NCBI GenBank assembly: GCA_020054865.1 | Contig: JAIHAR010000003.1 | Location: 39,645 to 103,644 of the forward strand | Length of the DNA stretch: 64,000 nucleotides | Source: Deferribacteraceae bacterium | Lineage (GTDB): Bacteria > Chrysiogenota > Deferribacteres > Deferribacterales > Deferrivibrionaceae | Reading direction: 5' to 3' | Shown: in pieces, positions 1 through 9,633 of the stretch | Layout of the letters: the number at the start of each line of letters is the position of its first letter | Position numbering within the stretch: position 1 is the stretch's first letter | Notes under the pieces: model-generated | Seen by the model: the letters and a program-made list of their open reading frames with translations, nothing else | Told to the model about the DNA's origin: nothing | Database searches by the model: none | Translations under genes and position numbers: made by a program

Positions 1-32
1 TATTTTCCAATAAAAAATTATATGGGGTAATA

Positions 33-884
33 ATGAAAATTTCTGAAATTTTGAACAAAAAGGAGTTTATAGTTTCTTTTGAATTTTTTCCACCAAAAAA
101 GGAAGAGAATGAACATATTCTTTTTGAAACTATTGAGAAATTAAAACCTTTTAATCCTGATTTTGTTTCAATAACTTATGGGGCTGGTGGAAGTACAAGG
201 GATAAAACGGCTTACTGGACAAAACTTATAAAAAAAGATTTTGATATAAATGTTATGATGCACCTTACATGTATTGCAGCAACGAAATCTGATATAGATG
301 CTAACCTCAGTATGCTTGAACAGGAAGGTATTGAAAATATTCTGGCTTTGCGTGGAGACCCACCCAGGGACTTTCCTGAGGATAAAATAAAAAAAGAATT
401 CAGGTATGCTTATGAGCTTGTAAGTTTCATCAAAAATAGAGGGGATTTTTCTGTTGGTGTTGCGGGATATCCCGAAGGGCATATTGAATCTGAAAATCTT
501 GAAAAAGATATAGAACATCTTAAGCAAAAGGTTGATTGTGGAGCAGATTTTGTTGTTACCCAGCTTTTTTTTGATAATACCTATTTTTATGATTTTTTGG
601 ACAGGGCAGCTAAATATAATATTAATGTGCCAATTATACCTGGAATTATGCCTATAACAAATATAAATCAGGTGATAAAATTTACAGAGATGTGTGGTGC
701 AACTGTTCCAGAAACTTTAATTAAGGAAATGATTGATAAATCTGAAGAAGATATGTTTAAAATTGGTGTTGAATACGCAATTAAGCAATGTATAGATTTG
801 AAAAAAAATGGAGTTAGAGGACTTCATTTTTACACATTGAACAAGTCTGAGGCTACTAAATTGGTACTCGAGGGTTTATTGTGA
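33..884 (+). CDS. metF: 5,10-methylenetetrahydrofolate reductase
   Basis: 283-aa ORF with MTHFR-like motifs (ITYGAGGSTR, LRGDPP, HFYTLN); size typical of bacterial MetF. Confidence 0.85.
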   Translation: MKISEILNKKEFIVSFEFFPPKKEENEHILFETIEKLKPFNPDFVSITYGAGGSTRDKTAYWTKLIKKDFDINVMMHLTCIAATKSDIDANLSMLEQEGIENILALRGDPPRDFPEDKIKKEFRYAYELVSFIKNRGDFSVGVAGYPEGHIESENLEKDIEHLKQKVDCGADFVVTQLFFDNTYFYDFLDRAAKYNINVPIIPGIMPITNINQVIKFTEMCGATVPETLIKEMIDKSEEDMFKIGVEYAIKQCIDLKKNGVRGLHFYTLNKSEATKLVLEGLL

Positions 885-1774
885 TAATTGACTACGCTCC
901 TGACTACACTTATCCGCTTTATAGACCACCAAGTGAGGCTTATTCACTGATATTTCAGATAACTGAAGGCTGTTCATACAATAAATGTACGTTTTGCGGT
1001 ATGTATGTAGATAAGAAATTTTCATTAAAACCTTTTGAAAAAATCAAAATAGAAGTGGAGAGAATGCCTGAAAAATACCGACTTAATGTGCGGAGAATAT
1101 TTCTGGCTGATGGTGATGCTGTTTCTTATCCTACTGAAGGGCTTATCAAAATTCTGGACTATTTAAATGACAGATTTCCTTATGTTGAGAGAATCAGCTC
1201 TTATGCCGGTCCTCACGCGATAATGAAAAAAAGTATTGATGAGTGGGTAGAGTTTAAGAAAAGAAAGTTGAATCTTTTATATTTTGGGCTTGAGAGCGGG
1301 AATAATGAAGTGCTTGAATTAATGAATAAAGGGATGAAAAGTGATAAGGTAAAGCCTAAAGTTATTGATATTCAGGAAATAGGGATAAATTTTTCCGTGA
1401 TGATTATTTTGGGTGCAGGCGGAAAACTTTTGTCAGATGCCCATGTATGTGATACTGCCTTATGGATTTCTCAGGTTAATCCTAAATATTTAGGGATGTT
1501 GACGCTTTTTATCAGACGAAAAAAAGATTATTTTGACAAGATTCAAACCCCTACAGTTGGTGATTTGATTACAGAGTCAAGAAAGATTGTCGAAAATATA
1601 AATGGCAGCGGAATTATTTTCAGAAGCAACCATATTTCTAATTTTGTTACACTGAAAGGAGTGCTTAAAGAGGACAGAGACAGACTTTTAAATCAATTGG
1701 ATTATACTTTAGAATACATTAGAAAAAATGATCTCTTCGATAAATATCCTGATTATTACAGGGAAGAATTTTGA
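881..1774 (+). CDS. radical SAM protein with atypical CX4CX2C cluster motif (EGCSYNKCTFCG)
   Basis: 297-aa ORF; GTG start overlaps the metF stop (translational coupling); Cys triad near N-terminus followed by a glycine-rich SAM-binding-like region. Confidence 0.7.
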   Translation: MIIDYAPDYTYPLYRPPSEAYSLIFQITEGCSYNKCTFCGMYVDKKFSLKPFEKIKIEVERMPEKYRLNVRRIFLADGDAVSYPTEGLIKILDYLNDRFPYVERISSYAGPHAIMKKSIDEWVEFKKRKLNLLYFGLESGNNEVLELMNKGMKSDKVKPKVIDIQEIGINFSVMIILGAGGKLLSDAHVCDTALWISQVNPKYLGMLTLFIRRKKDYFDKIQTPTVGDLITESRKIVENINGSGIIFRSNHISNFVTLKGVLKEDRDRLLNQLDYTLEYIRKNDLFDKYPDYYREEF

Positions 1775-2418
1775 TGAAGCCTGTGAAATATATTTTTATT
1801 CCATCTATCAGGGAAGCAAGACTGATATTTGATTGTAATTTTGAACTGGATGAATACGGCTACTACATTGGAAAATTTAATGATTTTAAAATAATTGTTT
1901 CAGGTGTGAGTAAAACCAACATTTCAATTGTTGCCACAATTTATTTCTTAAAACAGAAACCTTCAGTTGCATATCTTGTGGGGATTGCTGGCTGTTATCG
2001 TTATTCAGGTGTTGGGATAGGTGATTTGGTTTCCATAAGATATGATTATTTTGTAGATGAAGGGATGGTATTTGAAGATAAGATTGTTTTCTTGAGTGAA
2101 ATGGGATTTCCTGTGTGTAAAGACAACAGGGTAAGTTTTTGTGAGTATGAAAAACTGAAAATTGTAGATTCCAATACGGTTTCTTTTTTAAGCAGCTCTG
2201 ATGATATTGCAAGGTTGTATTATGAGAAAACCGGTGCCTCAATAGAAAACATGGAAGGTGCAAGTTTCGGGCTTGTTTGTTCGGTGTTTGGGGTAAAATC
2301 TTATCACATCAGAGGTGTATCAAATTATTGTGGCAACCGTAATGAGCAATCGTGGGATACAAAAAAATCGACATCCTCATTAAAGAATTTTTTTTTGCAA
2401 TCAAATCCAGATATATAG
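1771..2418 (+). CDS. PNP/MTA-nucleosidase family protein (MTAN / futalosine hydrolase MqnB-like)
   Basis: 215 aa; ENMEGAS motif and overall PNP_UDP_1 pattern; start overlaps the stop of the radical SAM gene. Confidence 0.65.
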   Translation: MMKPVKYIFIPSIREARLIFDCNFELDEYGYYIGKFNDFKIIVSGVSKTNISIVATIYFLKQKPSVAYLVGIAGCYRYSGVGIGDLVSIRYDYFVDEGMVFEDKIVFLSEMGFPVCKDNRVSFCEYEKLKIVDSNTVSFLSSSDDIARLYYEKTGASIENMEGASFGLVCSVFGVKSYHIRGVSNYCGNRNEQSWDTKKSTSSLKNFFLQSNPDI

Positions 2419-2544
2419 TTAAGTAAATATAAAATACTATTTCATAACAGAATAATTGTTTTGTCTTATTAACTATTTCATAAACACGTTTTTTTAATTT
2501 ATTGTTTTGAGTTATTTATTATACTGCTTATTAAATTAATTTTA

Positions 2545-2575
2545 TTGACAACAAAAGTAAATTATGTTTTATTAT
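2545..2575 (+). promoter_or_regulatory. candidate sigma70 promoter of the methylmalonyl-CoA operon (TTGACA 2545-2550; TATTAT 2570-2575; 19-nt spacer)
   Basis: Consensus -35 hexamer and near-consensus -10 about 30 nt upstream of the RBS (GGGGGAAAG) of the 2605 gene; the spacer is long, so this is tentative. Confidence 0.3.
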
Positions 2576-2604
2576 TGCGACATAAGCTGATATAGGGGGA
2601 AAGT

Positions 2605-4149
2605 ATGGAAGAAAAAATCAAACAGTTGATGGAGCTTAATGAGAAAGCAGAGCTCGGTGGTGGTGTTGAGAGAATCAAAAAAATGCATGCTCAGGGGAAG
2701 CTTACTGCAAGGGAAAGAATTGATAAACTATTGGACAAAGGGACTTTTGTAGAGCTTGATAAGTTTGTTGTTCACAGATGTAATTATTTTGGAATGGAAA
2801 AAAATAAGATTTTAGGTGATGGTGTAGTTACAGGGTATGGAAAAATAAATGGTAGAACAGTTTTTGTTTTTGCTCAGGACTTTACTGTATTTGGTGGTTC
2901 ACTTTCAGAAATGTTTGCCAAAAAGATATGTAAAATTATGGACCTTGCCATGGAAGTTGGCGCTCCCGTAATAGGCCTTAATGACTCTGGAGGTGCAAGA
3001 ATTCAGGAAGGGGTGCTTTCGCTGGCAGGTTACGCTGATATTTTCCTGAGAAATAGTCTTGCAAGTGGAGTTGTTCCTCAAATTTCTGCAATTATGGGGC
3101 CTTGTGCCGGTGGTGCAGTTTATTCACCTGCCTTAACAGATTTTATCTTCATGGTTAAAGAAACAAGCTATATGTTTATTACCGGCCCTGAAGTTGTAAA
3201 AACAGTTACAAGTGAAGTCGTTACAAAAGAGGAGCTTGGTGGTGCTATGACCCACAACACCAAGAGTGGTGTAGCACATTTTGCAGCAGAAAATGATGAA
3301 GATTGTCTTCTTAAAATAAGAGAACTTATGAGCTATCTTCCAAATAACAATATGGAAGACCCTCCTGTTGTTCCTACAAAAGATGACCCCAACAGGACAG
3401 AGATGTCTTTAAGAGACCTTGTTCCTGTTGATCCAAATAAACCTTATGATATGAAAGAGATTATTACGAAGGTTGTTGATGATGGCAATTTCTTTGAAGT
3501 TCAGGAATTTTTTGCAAAAAATATAATTGTTGGCTTTGCAAGGCTTAACGGTAAAACTGTTGGTATTGTTGCTAACCAGCCTTCTGTACTTGCCGGAGCT
3601 CTTGATATAGATTCGTCCGTTAAAGGTGCAAGATTTGTAAGATTCTGTGATGCGTTTAATATTCCTCTTCTTACTTTTGTGGATGTTCCAGGGTTTATGC
3701 CTGGTGTTTCCCAGGAATATGGCGGTATTATAAAGCATGGTGCTAAACTGCTTTACGCCTACTGTGAGGCGACAGTTCCAAAAGTAACCGTAATTACGAG
3801 AAAGGCTTATGGTGGCGCTTATGACGTTTTGAGCTCCAAACATGTGCGTGGTGATATTAACTATGCATACCCTACTGCTGAGATTGCTGTAATGGGGCCA
3901 GATGGTGCAGTACAGATTTTGTTTGCAAAAGAGGTTGCAAATGCTGCTGATCCGGCTGCAAAAAAGAAAGAGTTGACCGACAGTTATAGAGAGACGTTTG
4001 CCAATCCATACAGGGCAGCAGAACTTGGATTTGTTGATGAGGTAATTCTTCCTGAAGATACCCGCCCAAGATTGATTCAGGCGTTTGAACTTCTGGCTAA
4101 CAAGCGTCAGTCTGTTCCACCTAAAAAACATGACAACTTGCCATTATAA
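2605..4149 (+). CDS. acyl-CoA carboxyltransferase (propionyl-CoA carboxylase beta / methylmalonyl-CoA decarboxylase alpha family)
   Basis: 514 aa; tandem crotonase-like carboxyltransferase domains with characteristic motifs ([20 protein letters not shown]). Confidence 0.85.
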   Translation: MEEKIKQLMELNEKAELGGGVERIKKMHAQGKLTARERIDKLLDKGTFVELDKFVVHRCNYFGMEKNKILGDGVVTGYGKINGRTVFVFAQDFTVFGGSLSEMFAKKICKIMDLAMEVGAPVIGLNDSGGARIQEGVLSLAGYADIFLRNSLASGVVPQISAIMGPCAGGAVYSPALTDFIFMVKETSYMFITGPEVVKTVTSEVVTKEELGGAMTHNTKSGVAHFAAENDEDCLLKIRELMSYLPNNNMEDPPVVPTKDDPNRTEMSLRDLVPVDPNKPYDMKEIITKVVDDGNFFEVQEFFAKNIIVGFARLNGKTVGIVANQPSVLAGALDIDSSVKGARFVRFCDAFNIPLLTFVDVPGFMPGVSQEYGGIIKHGAKLLYAYCEATVPKVTVITRKAYGGAYDVLSSKHVRGDINYAYPTAEIAVMGPDGAVQILFAKEVANAADPAAKKKELTDSYRETFANPYRAAELGFVDEVILPEDTRPRLIQAFELLANKRQSVPPKKHDNLPL

Positions 4150-4169
4150 AACGCTTATTGGAGGAAAAC

Positions 4170-5690
4170 ATGCCTGAGATAAAAAAAGTATTGGTTGCAA
4201 ATAGAGGAGAAATTGCGATTAGGGTTTTTAGAACTTGCAGGAAAATGGGGATTAAGACTGTTGCAATTTATACCCATGCTGACAGAAAGGCTCCTCATGT
4301 AAGATATGCTGATGAGGCCTATTGCATAACTGACAGTCCTGCTGATACAAGTTATTTAAAGCAAGATAGAATAATAGATATTGCCAAAAAGACAGGGGCA
4401 GCAATTCATCCGGGCTATGGATTTTACGCTGAGAATGCTGGGTTTAGAAGGGCTTGTGATGATGCAGGGGTAATATTTATAGGGCCTTCAGCCGAACATA
4501 TCGATATGATGGGTAGTAAAACCGGAGCAAGGGCAGTTATGGCTGAAGCCGGTGTGCCTACTGTTCCAGGGACAAAAAATCCTATTAGAGATATTGAGGA
4601 AGCAAGAAAGATTGCAAGGGAGATTGGTTATCCCATTATGCTTAAGGCAGTCTATGGTGGCGGCGGAAAAGGGATGAGATTGGTCCATAAGGAAGAGGAT
4701 TTTGAATCGTCTTTTAGAACAGCAAGCAGTGAGGCCTTAAACGCATTCGGCAATGGCGATGTATATATGGAAAAATTTATTATAGAGCCTCACCACGTAG
4801 AGGTTCAGGTTATCGGCGATATGCATGGAAATGCAATACACTTATTTGACAGAGAGTGTTCCATACAAAGAAGACATCAAAAAGTTATTGAAGAAGCACC
4901 TTCCCCTTTCATATCAGAAGAGACAAGGCAAAAGATGTGCAGTGTAGCTGCTGAGGCTGTAAAGAAAATTGGATATTTCAGTGCAGGTACGTTAGAGTTT
5001 ATAGTTGGTGCTGATCAAAATTTCTATTTTCTTGAAATGAATACGAGGTTGCAGGTCGAACATCCAGTAACTGAGCTTATTACGGGTATTGATATAGTCA
5101 GGGAAATGATTTTTGTTGCCGAGGGTAAACCATTAAATTATGCTCAAGAAGATGTACAACGAAACGGGCATGCTATAGAATGCCGTATCTATGCAGAAGA
5201 TCCTGCAAATAACTTTGCACCGTCTCCGGGTCTTTTGACAGTTTATCAGACCCCTGAAGGCCCTAATGTAAGGGTGGAAAGTGGTGCGTATCAAGGGTAT
5301 GAGATTCCGCTTTATTATGACCCAATGATAGCAAAGGTTTGTGCAAATAGTAAAACTCGCCAGGGTGCAATTGAAAACATGAAAAGGATACTTTCTGAAT
5401 ATATGGTGGCAGGTATTAAAACATCTATACCTTTCCACTTGAGCGTATTGAAAAATGAGACTTTCCTGAGCGGTGTTTATGATACAGGTTTCATTGATAA
5501 CAAGTTCGACATGGAAGAGATGAAAAGAAGAGAAAATGAGGATGTGACCGTACCTGTTATTGCAGCTGCAATCAAACAGCTTCTTTCTGAAAAGATTTCT
5601 GCTGCTCGTGCCGTTACAAGACCTGAAGTTGGGGATTCAAACTGGAAACGCTTTGGTAGAAGTGTAAACTTTGCAAAAACATTAGGATAA
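4170..5690 (+). CDS. biotin carboxylase subunit (AccC/PccA-type)
   Basis: ATP-grasp biotin carboxylase motifs (KVLVANRGEIA, MLKAVYGGGGKGMR, EMNTRLQVEHPVTE); ATG 4170 is preceded by GGAGG and is preferred over the ORF-track TTG at 4158. Confidence 0.8.
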   Translation: MPEIKKVLVANRGEIAIRVFRTCRKMGIKTVAIYTHADRKAPHVRYADEAYCITDSPADTSYLKQDRIIDIAKKTGAAIHPGYGFYAENAGFRRACDDAGVIFIGPSAEHIDMMGSKTGARAVMAEAGVPTVPGTKNPIRDIEEARKIAREIGYPIMLKAVYGGGGKGMRLVHKEEDFESSFRTASSEALNAFGNGDVYMEKFIIEPHHVEVQVIGDMHGNAIHLFDRECSIQRRHQKVIEEAPSPFISEETRQKMCSVAAEAVKKIGYFSAGTLEFIVGADQNFYFLEMNTRLQVEHPVTELITGIDIVREMIFVAEGKPLNYAQEDVQRNGHAIECRIYAEDPANNFAPSPGLLTVYQTPEGPNVRVESGAYQGYEIPLYYDPMIAKVCANSKTRQGAIENMKRILSEYMVAGIKTSIPFHLSVLKNETFLSGVYDTGFIDNKFDMEEMKRRENEDVTVPVIAAAIKQLLSEKISAARAVTRPEVGDSNWKRFGRSVNFAKTLG

Positions 5691-5700
5691 GAGGTGGAAT

Positions 5701-6234
5701 ATGGCTGTTAAAAGAAAATATTTTGCAAATGTAGAAGGGCACGAGGAAGAGCTTGTAGTTGATTTGACCGAGGTAAGCCCTTCAAACTATACAGTTGTTA
5801 TGGGGGAACAGGAATACAAAGTAGATTTTGAACAGATAAATGAAACAATATATTCAATTATCATAAATGGCAGGTCATATGCCATAGATATGAGTGAAAA
5901 AGGTGATAAGTTTGAAGTAATTGTTGATGGAGATAATTTTAATGTTGAAATCTTAGATGAGATGAAAAAGCTCATGAGGATGAGGACATCTTCAACAGTT
6001 GAGGGGAGACAGATCATAGAAGCACCTATGCCAGGCTATATCTGGAAAATGCTGAAAGAACCAGGTGATGAGGTCAAAGCTGGTGAGCCTATAATGATTC
6101 TTGTGGCGATGAAAATGGAGAATGAAATCAAGTCTCCAAAAGATGGTGTTGTTACAGAAATATTTGTCAAAGCCAGCGAAGACCCTAACGAAAGCACAGT
6201 CAAAATGGGTGATAAACTGGCAATAGTAGAATAA
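5701..6234 (+). CDS. biotin carboxyl carrier protein / biotinyl domain subunit
   Basis: 177 aa; C-terminal biotinyl-lysine motif (EAPMPG...VAMKMENEI). Confidence 0.8.
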   Translation: MAVKRKYFANVEGHEEELVVDLTEVSPSNYTVVMGEQEYKVDFEQINETIYSIIINGRSYAIDMSEKGDKFEVIVDGDNFNVEILDEMKKLMRMRTSSTVEGRQIIEAPMPGYIWKMLKEPGDEVKAGEPIMILVAMKMENEIKSPKDGVVTEIFVKASEDPNESTVKMGDKLAIVE

Positions 6235-6240
6235 ATTTAT

Positions 6241-6265
6241 GGGCCTGCTTAAACAGGCCCTTTTT
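6241..6265 (+). terminator. rho-independent terminator (GGGCCTG-cttaaa-CAGGCCC + T5)
   Basis: Perfect 7-bp GC stem followed by a T-tract directly after the BCCP stop codon. Confidence 0.75.
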
Positions 6266-6308
6266 ACAGATATTTGTATCTAATTTGTATTAAACAAAAG
6301 AGGTTTCT

Positions 6309-8471
6309 ATGAAAAAATATACTATTAAAGATTGGGAGAATCTCGCAAAAAAGGAAATTAAAAGTGACGATTTGTCAAAGCTTATATGGAATACCCCGGA
6401 GGGTTTCCCTGTAAAACCCCTTTATACGCTGGAAGATATTGAAAATCTTGAGACCATTAACACATTGCCAGGACTTGAGCCTTTTATAAGGGGTCCAAGA
6501 GCTACTATGTACACTGTAAAGCCATGGACAATAAGGCAGTATGCCGGGTTTTCTACTGCCGAAGAGTCCAATGCATTTTATAAAAAAAATCTTGCCGCAG
6601 GTCAGCAGGGGCTTTCTGTTGCTTTTGACCTTGCTACCCACAGAGGTTACGACTCAGACCATCCAAGGGTAGTAGGGGATGTGGGAAAGGCCGGAGTTGC
6701 TATTGATTCTGTTGAGGATATGAAAATTCTTTTTGACGGAATTCCGCTTGATAAAGTTTCTGTTTCTATGACAATGAATGGGGCAGTGATACCTATAATG
6801 GCAAATTTTATTGTTGCAGCAGAAGAGCAGGGGGTCAGTCAGGAAAAACTTGCGGGCACTATACAGAATGATATTTTAAAAGAATTTATGGTTAGAAATA
6901 CTTATATCTATCCGCCTGAGCCTTCAATGAGAATTGTGTCAGATATTATTGAATACACAAGCAAATATATGCCAAAGTTTAACTCTATCAGTATAAGCGG
7001 GTATCATATTCAAGAAGCAGGGGCAAATTGTGCGCTTGAACTTGCTTTTACTCTTGCTGATGGGCTCGAATATATCAGAGCTGCATTGTCAAAGAGTTTA
7101 AATATTGATCAGTTTGCGCCAAGACTGTCATTCTTTTTTGCTATCGGGATGAATTTTTTTATGGAAATTGCAAAGCTTAGAGCCGCAAGACTTTTGTGGT
7201 CTAAGATTGTAAACGAGTTTAATCCTAAGGATCCAAGATCGATGGCTCTAAGAACACACTGCCAGACATCAGGCTGGAGTCTGACCGAACAGGACCCTTA
7301 CAATAATGTTATAAGGACTACTATTGAAGCTATGGCTGCAGTCCTTGGTGGCACGCAGTCTCTTCATACAAATGCCCTGGATGAGGCAATCGCTCTACCT
7401 ACTGAATTTTCTGCAAGAATAGCAAGAAATACTCAGATTATTATTCAGGAAGAGACAAATATTTGTAATGTGATAGACCCTCTTGGAGGTTCATATTACA
7501 TTGAAACTCTTACCAATACGTTAGCTGAAAAGGCCTGGGAGATTATTGAAGAGGTTGAGGAGCTTGGAGGGATGACAAAAGCTATTGAAACAGGGATGCC
7601 AAAGCTCAGGATAGAGGAATCTGCTGCAAGAAAACAGGCAAGAATTGATGCAGGGCTTGATACTATTGTAGGTGTAAATAAATATAGACTTGAGAATGAA
7701 GTGCCAGTTGAAATCCTTGAGATTGACAATACTGCAGTGAGGGAAGCTCAAATCAGGCGTCTTAACAAGGTAAAGTCTGAAAGAAACAACGATGCTGTCA
7801 GAAATATACTTGAAAAATTGACAAAAGCTTGTGAAAATAAAAAAGAAAATCTTCTTGAAATTGCTGTTGAAGCAGCAAGACTTAGGGCAACTGTCGGTGA
7901 AATATCCGATGCTATGGAGAAGGTTTTTGGAAGGCATAAAGCTGAGGTAAGACTTCAATCAGGAGTATATATGAGTGAAGTTTCTGATAAAGAAGATTTT
8001 GTTCAGGTTAAAAATATTGTTGATAGTTTTGCCGAGGAGATTGGAAGAAGACCCAGAATACTTATTGCAAAGATGGGCCAGGATGGTCATGACAGAGGGG
8101 CAAAGGTTGTGGCCACAGGTTATGCTGATCTTGGTTTTGATGTAGATGTGGGGCCATTGTTTCAAACTCCTGAAGAAACTGCGAAAATGGCGGTCGAAAA
8201 TGATGTGCATGTGATAGGTGTGTCAAGTCTTGCAGCCGGACATAAGACACTTATTCCTCAACTTATAGAAGAATTGGAAAAACTTGGTGCTGATGATATC
8301 ATTGTAACAGCAGGTGGTGTAATTCCAAAGCAGGACTATGATTTTCTTTACAAAAGCGGTGTTGCATGTATTTTTGGCCCTGGCACTCCGATTCACAGGG
8401 CAGCAAAAGAGGTAGTTGAGGCAATAAAGGCAAAAAGATACCCAAAAGCAGTCAAAAATGCAAATAGATGA
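6309..8471 (+). CDS. methylmalonyl-CoA mutase, single-chain (catalytic barrel fused to C-terminal B12-binding domain)
   Basis: 720 aa; MCM catalytic-domain motifs; C-terminal cobalamin-binding DxHxxG ([12 protein letters not shown]). Confidence 0.85.
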   Translation: MKKYTIKDWENLAKKEIKSDDLSKLIWNTPEGFPVKPLYTLEDIENLETINTLPGLEPFIRGPRATMYTVKPWTIRQYAGFSTAEESNAFYKKNLAAGQQGLSVAFDLATHRGYDSDHPRVVGDVGKAGVAIDSVEDMKILFDGIPLDKVSVSMTMNGAVIPIMANFIVAAEEQGVSQEKLAGTIQNDILKEFMVRNTYIYPPEPSMRIVSDIIEYTSKYMPKFNSISISGYHIQEAGANCALELAFTLADGLEYIRAALSKSLNIDQFAPRLSFFFAIGMNFFMEIAKLRAARLLWSKIVNEFNPKDPRSMALRTHCQTSGWSLTEQDPYNNVIRTTIEAMAAVLGGTQSLHTNALDEAIALPTEFSARIARNTQIIIQEETNICNVIDPLGGSYYIETLTNTLAEKAWEIIEEVEELGGMTKAIETGMPKLRIEESAARKQARIDAGLDTIVGVNKYRLENEVPVEILEIDNTAVREAQIRRLNKVKSERNNDAVRNILEKLTKACENKKENLLEIAVEAARLRATVGEISDAMEKVFGRHKAEVRLQSGVYMSEVSDKEDFVQVKNIVDSFAEEIGRRPRILIAKMGQDGHDRGAKVVATGYADLGFDVDVGPLFQTPEETAKMAVENDVHVIGVSSLAAGHKTLIPQLIEELEKLGADDIIVTAGGVIPKQDYDFLYKSGVACIFGPGTPIHRAAKEVVEAIKAKRYPKAVKNANR

Positions 8472-9438
8472 AATAGTTAAAGGGGTGCTGTCTGGTAGCA
8501 GGCGGCACCTTGCCAAAGCTATAACTCTTATTGAAAGCAGAAGGGAAGAAGATTTCAGGAAGTCTCTTAAACTTCTTGATGCTATTGTACCATATTCGGG
8601 AAATTCTATAAGAATTGGGATAACAGGAACTCCCGGGGTTGGGAAAAGCACATTTATTGAATCATTTGGACTTTATCTGATTGATAAAGGTTACAAGGTC
8701 GCTGTTCTTGCAATTGATCCTTCTTCTCAAAAAACAGGTGGCAGCATTCTTGGTGACAAAACGAGAATGGAAGAACTCAGCAGACATGAGATGGCTTTTA
8801 TAAGGCCTTCTGCTTCCGGTAAAACGCTTGGTGGTGTTGCAAGAAAAACAAGGGAGTCCATGATAGCTTGTGAGGCAGCTGGTTACAATGCTATTTTGGT
8901 GGAAACAGTTGGAGTAGGTCAATCTGAGGTAGCGGTAGCAGATATGGTTGATGTTTTTACATTGCTTTTATTGCCAAATTCAGGTGATGAGCTGCAGGGG
9001 ATAAAGCGTGGGGTAATGGAGTTATCTGATATTATACTTGTGAACAAAGCAGAAGATGACAACCTTGATAAAGCAAAACTTGCAAAATCCCAAATTGAAA
9101 ACGCCCTGATGATGCTTTCCCAGAGGGATGACGGATGGAATGTGCCTGTAATACTGACAAGTGGGTTAAAAAAGTTTGGTTTTGATGATTATTTTGCTTC
9201 TTTAGTTGAGTTTTTTGATTTGATGAGAAAAAACGACTTTTTTCAAAAAAAAAGGCAATCTCAATATTTGTCCTGGATGTGGTCGATGGTTGATGACTAT
9301 ATAAAGGAAAAAATACATTCTGATAAACATATGAAAGAGATAATCGACAACTGTCAGGAAAAGATAGTTTTGAAGGAAGCATCCCCTTTTTCAGTGGCAG
9401 AAATTTTGATTGATAATCTGAAAAACATTTTTGAGTAG
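8458..9438 (+). CDS. meaB: methylmalonyl-CoA mutase-associated GTPase MeaB/ArgK
   Basis: 326 aa; P-loop [12 protein letters not shown]; overlaps the mutase stop, as in the conserved mcm-meaB arrangement. Confidence 0.8.
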   Translation: MQIDEIVKGVLSGSRRHLAKAITLIESRREEDFRKSLKLLDAIVPYSGNSIRIGITGTPGVGKSTFIESFGLYLIDKGYKVAVLAIDPSSQKTGGSILGDKTRMEELSRHEMAFIRPSASGKTLGGVARKTRESMIACEAAGYNAILVETVGVGQSEVAVADMVDVFTLLLLPNSGDELQGIKRGVMELSDIILVNKAEDDNLDKAKLAKSQIENALMMLSQRDDGWNVPVILTSGLKKFGFDDYFASLVEFFDLMRKNDFFQKKRQSQYLSWMWSMVDDYIKEKIHSDKHMKEIIDNCQEKIVLKEASPFSVAEILIDNLKNIFE

Positions 9439-9486
9439 ATTTATCAAATAGCTTGAATAGAAAAATCAAATAATTTCTAAAAAGTG

Positions 9487-9514
9487 TTGACAAAAGACAG
9501 TCATACTGTATATT
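9487..9514 (+). promoter_or_regulatory. strong sigma70-type promoter (TTGACA 9487-9492; 16-nt spacer; TGTATATT 9507-9514) with no downstream CDS
   Basis: Consensus -35, TG-extended near-consensus -10; the only downstream element is a short hairpin/C-tract/terminator unit. Confidence 0.5.
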
Positions 9515-9520
9515 CTCTAT

Positions 9521-9607
9521 TAGGTATTTGATAGAAATACCAAATACCCTCCTCCCCCCTCCTTAAAATATATGGAGATTGCCGGCTTCAACGAGGCCGG
9601 CTTTTTT
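9521..9607 (+). ncRNA. candidate ~85-nt small RNA with C-rich anti-Shine-Dalgarno tract
   Basis: Predicted TSS ~9521; 5' hairpin GGTATTT-gatag-AAATACC (9523-9541); single-stranded CCCTCCTCCCCCCTCCTT (9547-9564); intrinsic terminator 9581-9607; no ORF with an RBS. Confidence 0.4.
9581..9607 (+). terminator. rho-independent terminator (GCCGGC-N9-GCCGGC + T6), plus-strand only
   Basis: GC stem followed by TTTTTT; no A-tract on the 5' side, so it is not bidirectional. Confidence 0.8.
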
Positions 9608-9633
9608 AATGTTCAAATTTTGTTGGTTTATAT

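Noticed and set aside
3409-4131. 240-aa minus-strand ORF (likewise 1886-2263, 7521-7958, 14798-15262, 24367-24693, 52626-53618 and other ORF-track entries)
   Set aside because: Entirely antisense to high-confidence conserved genes, with low-complexity/hydrophobic translations typical of shadow ORFs and no RBS.
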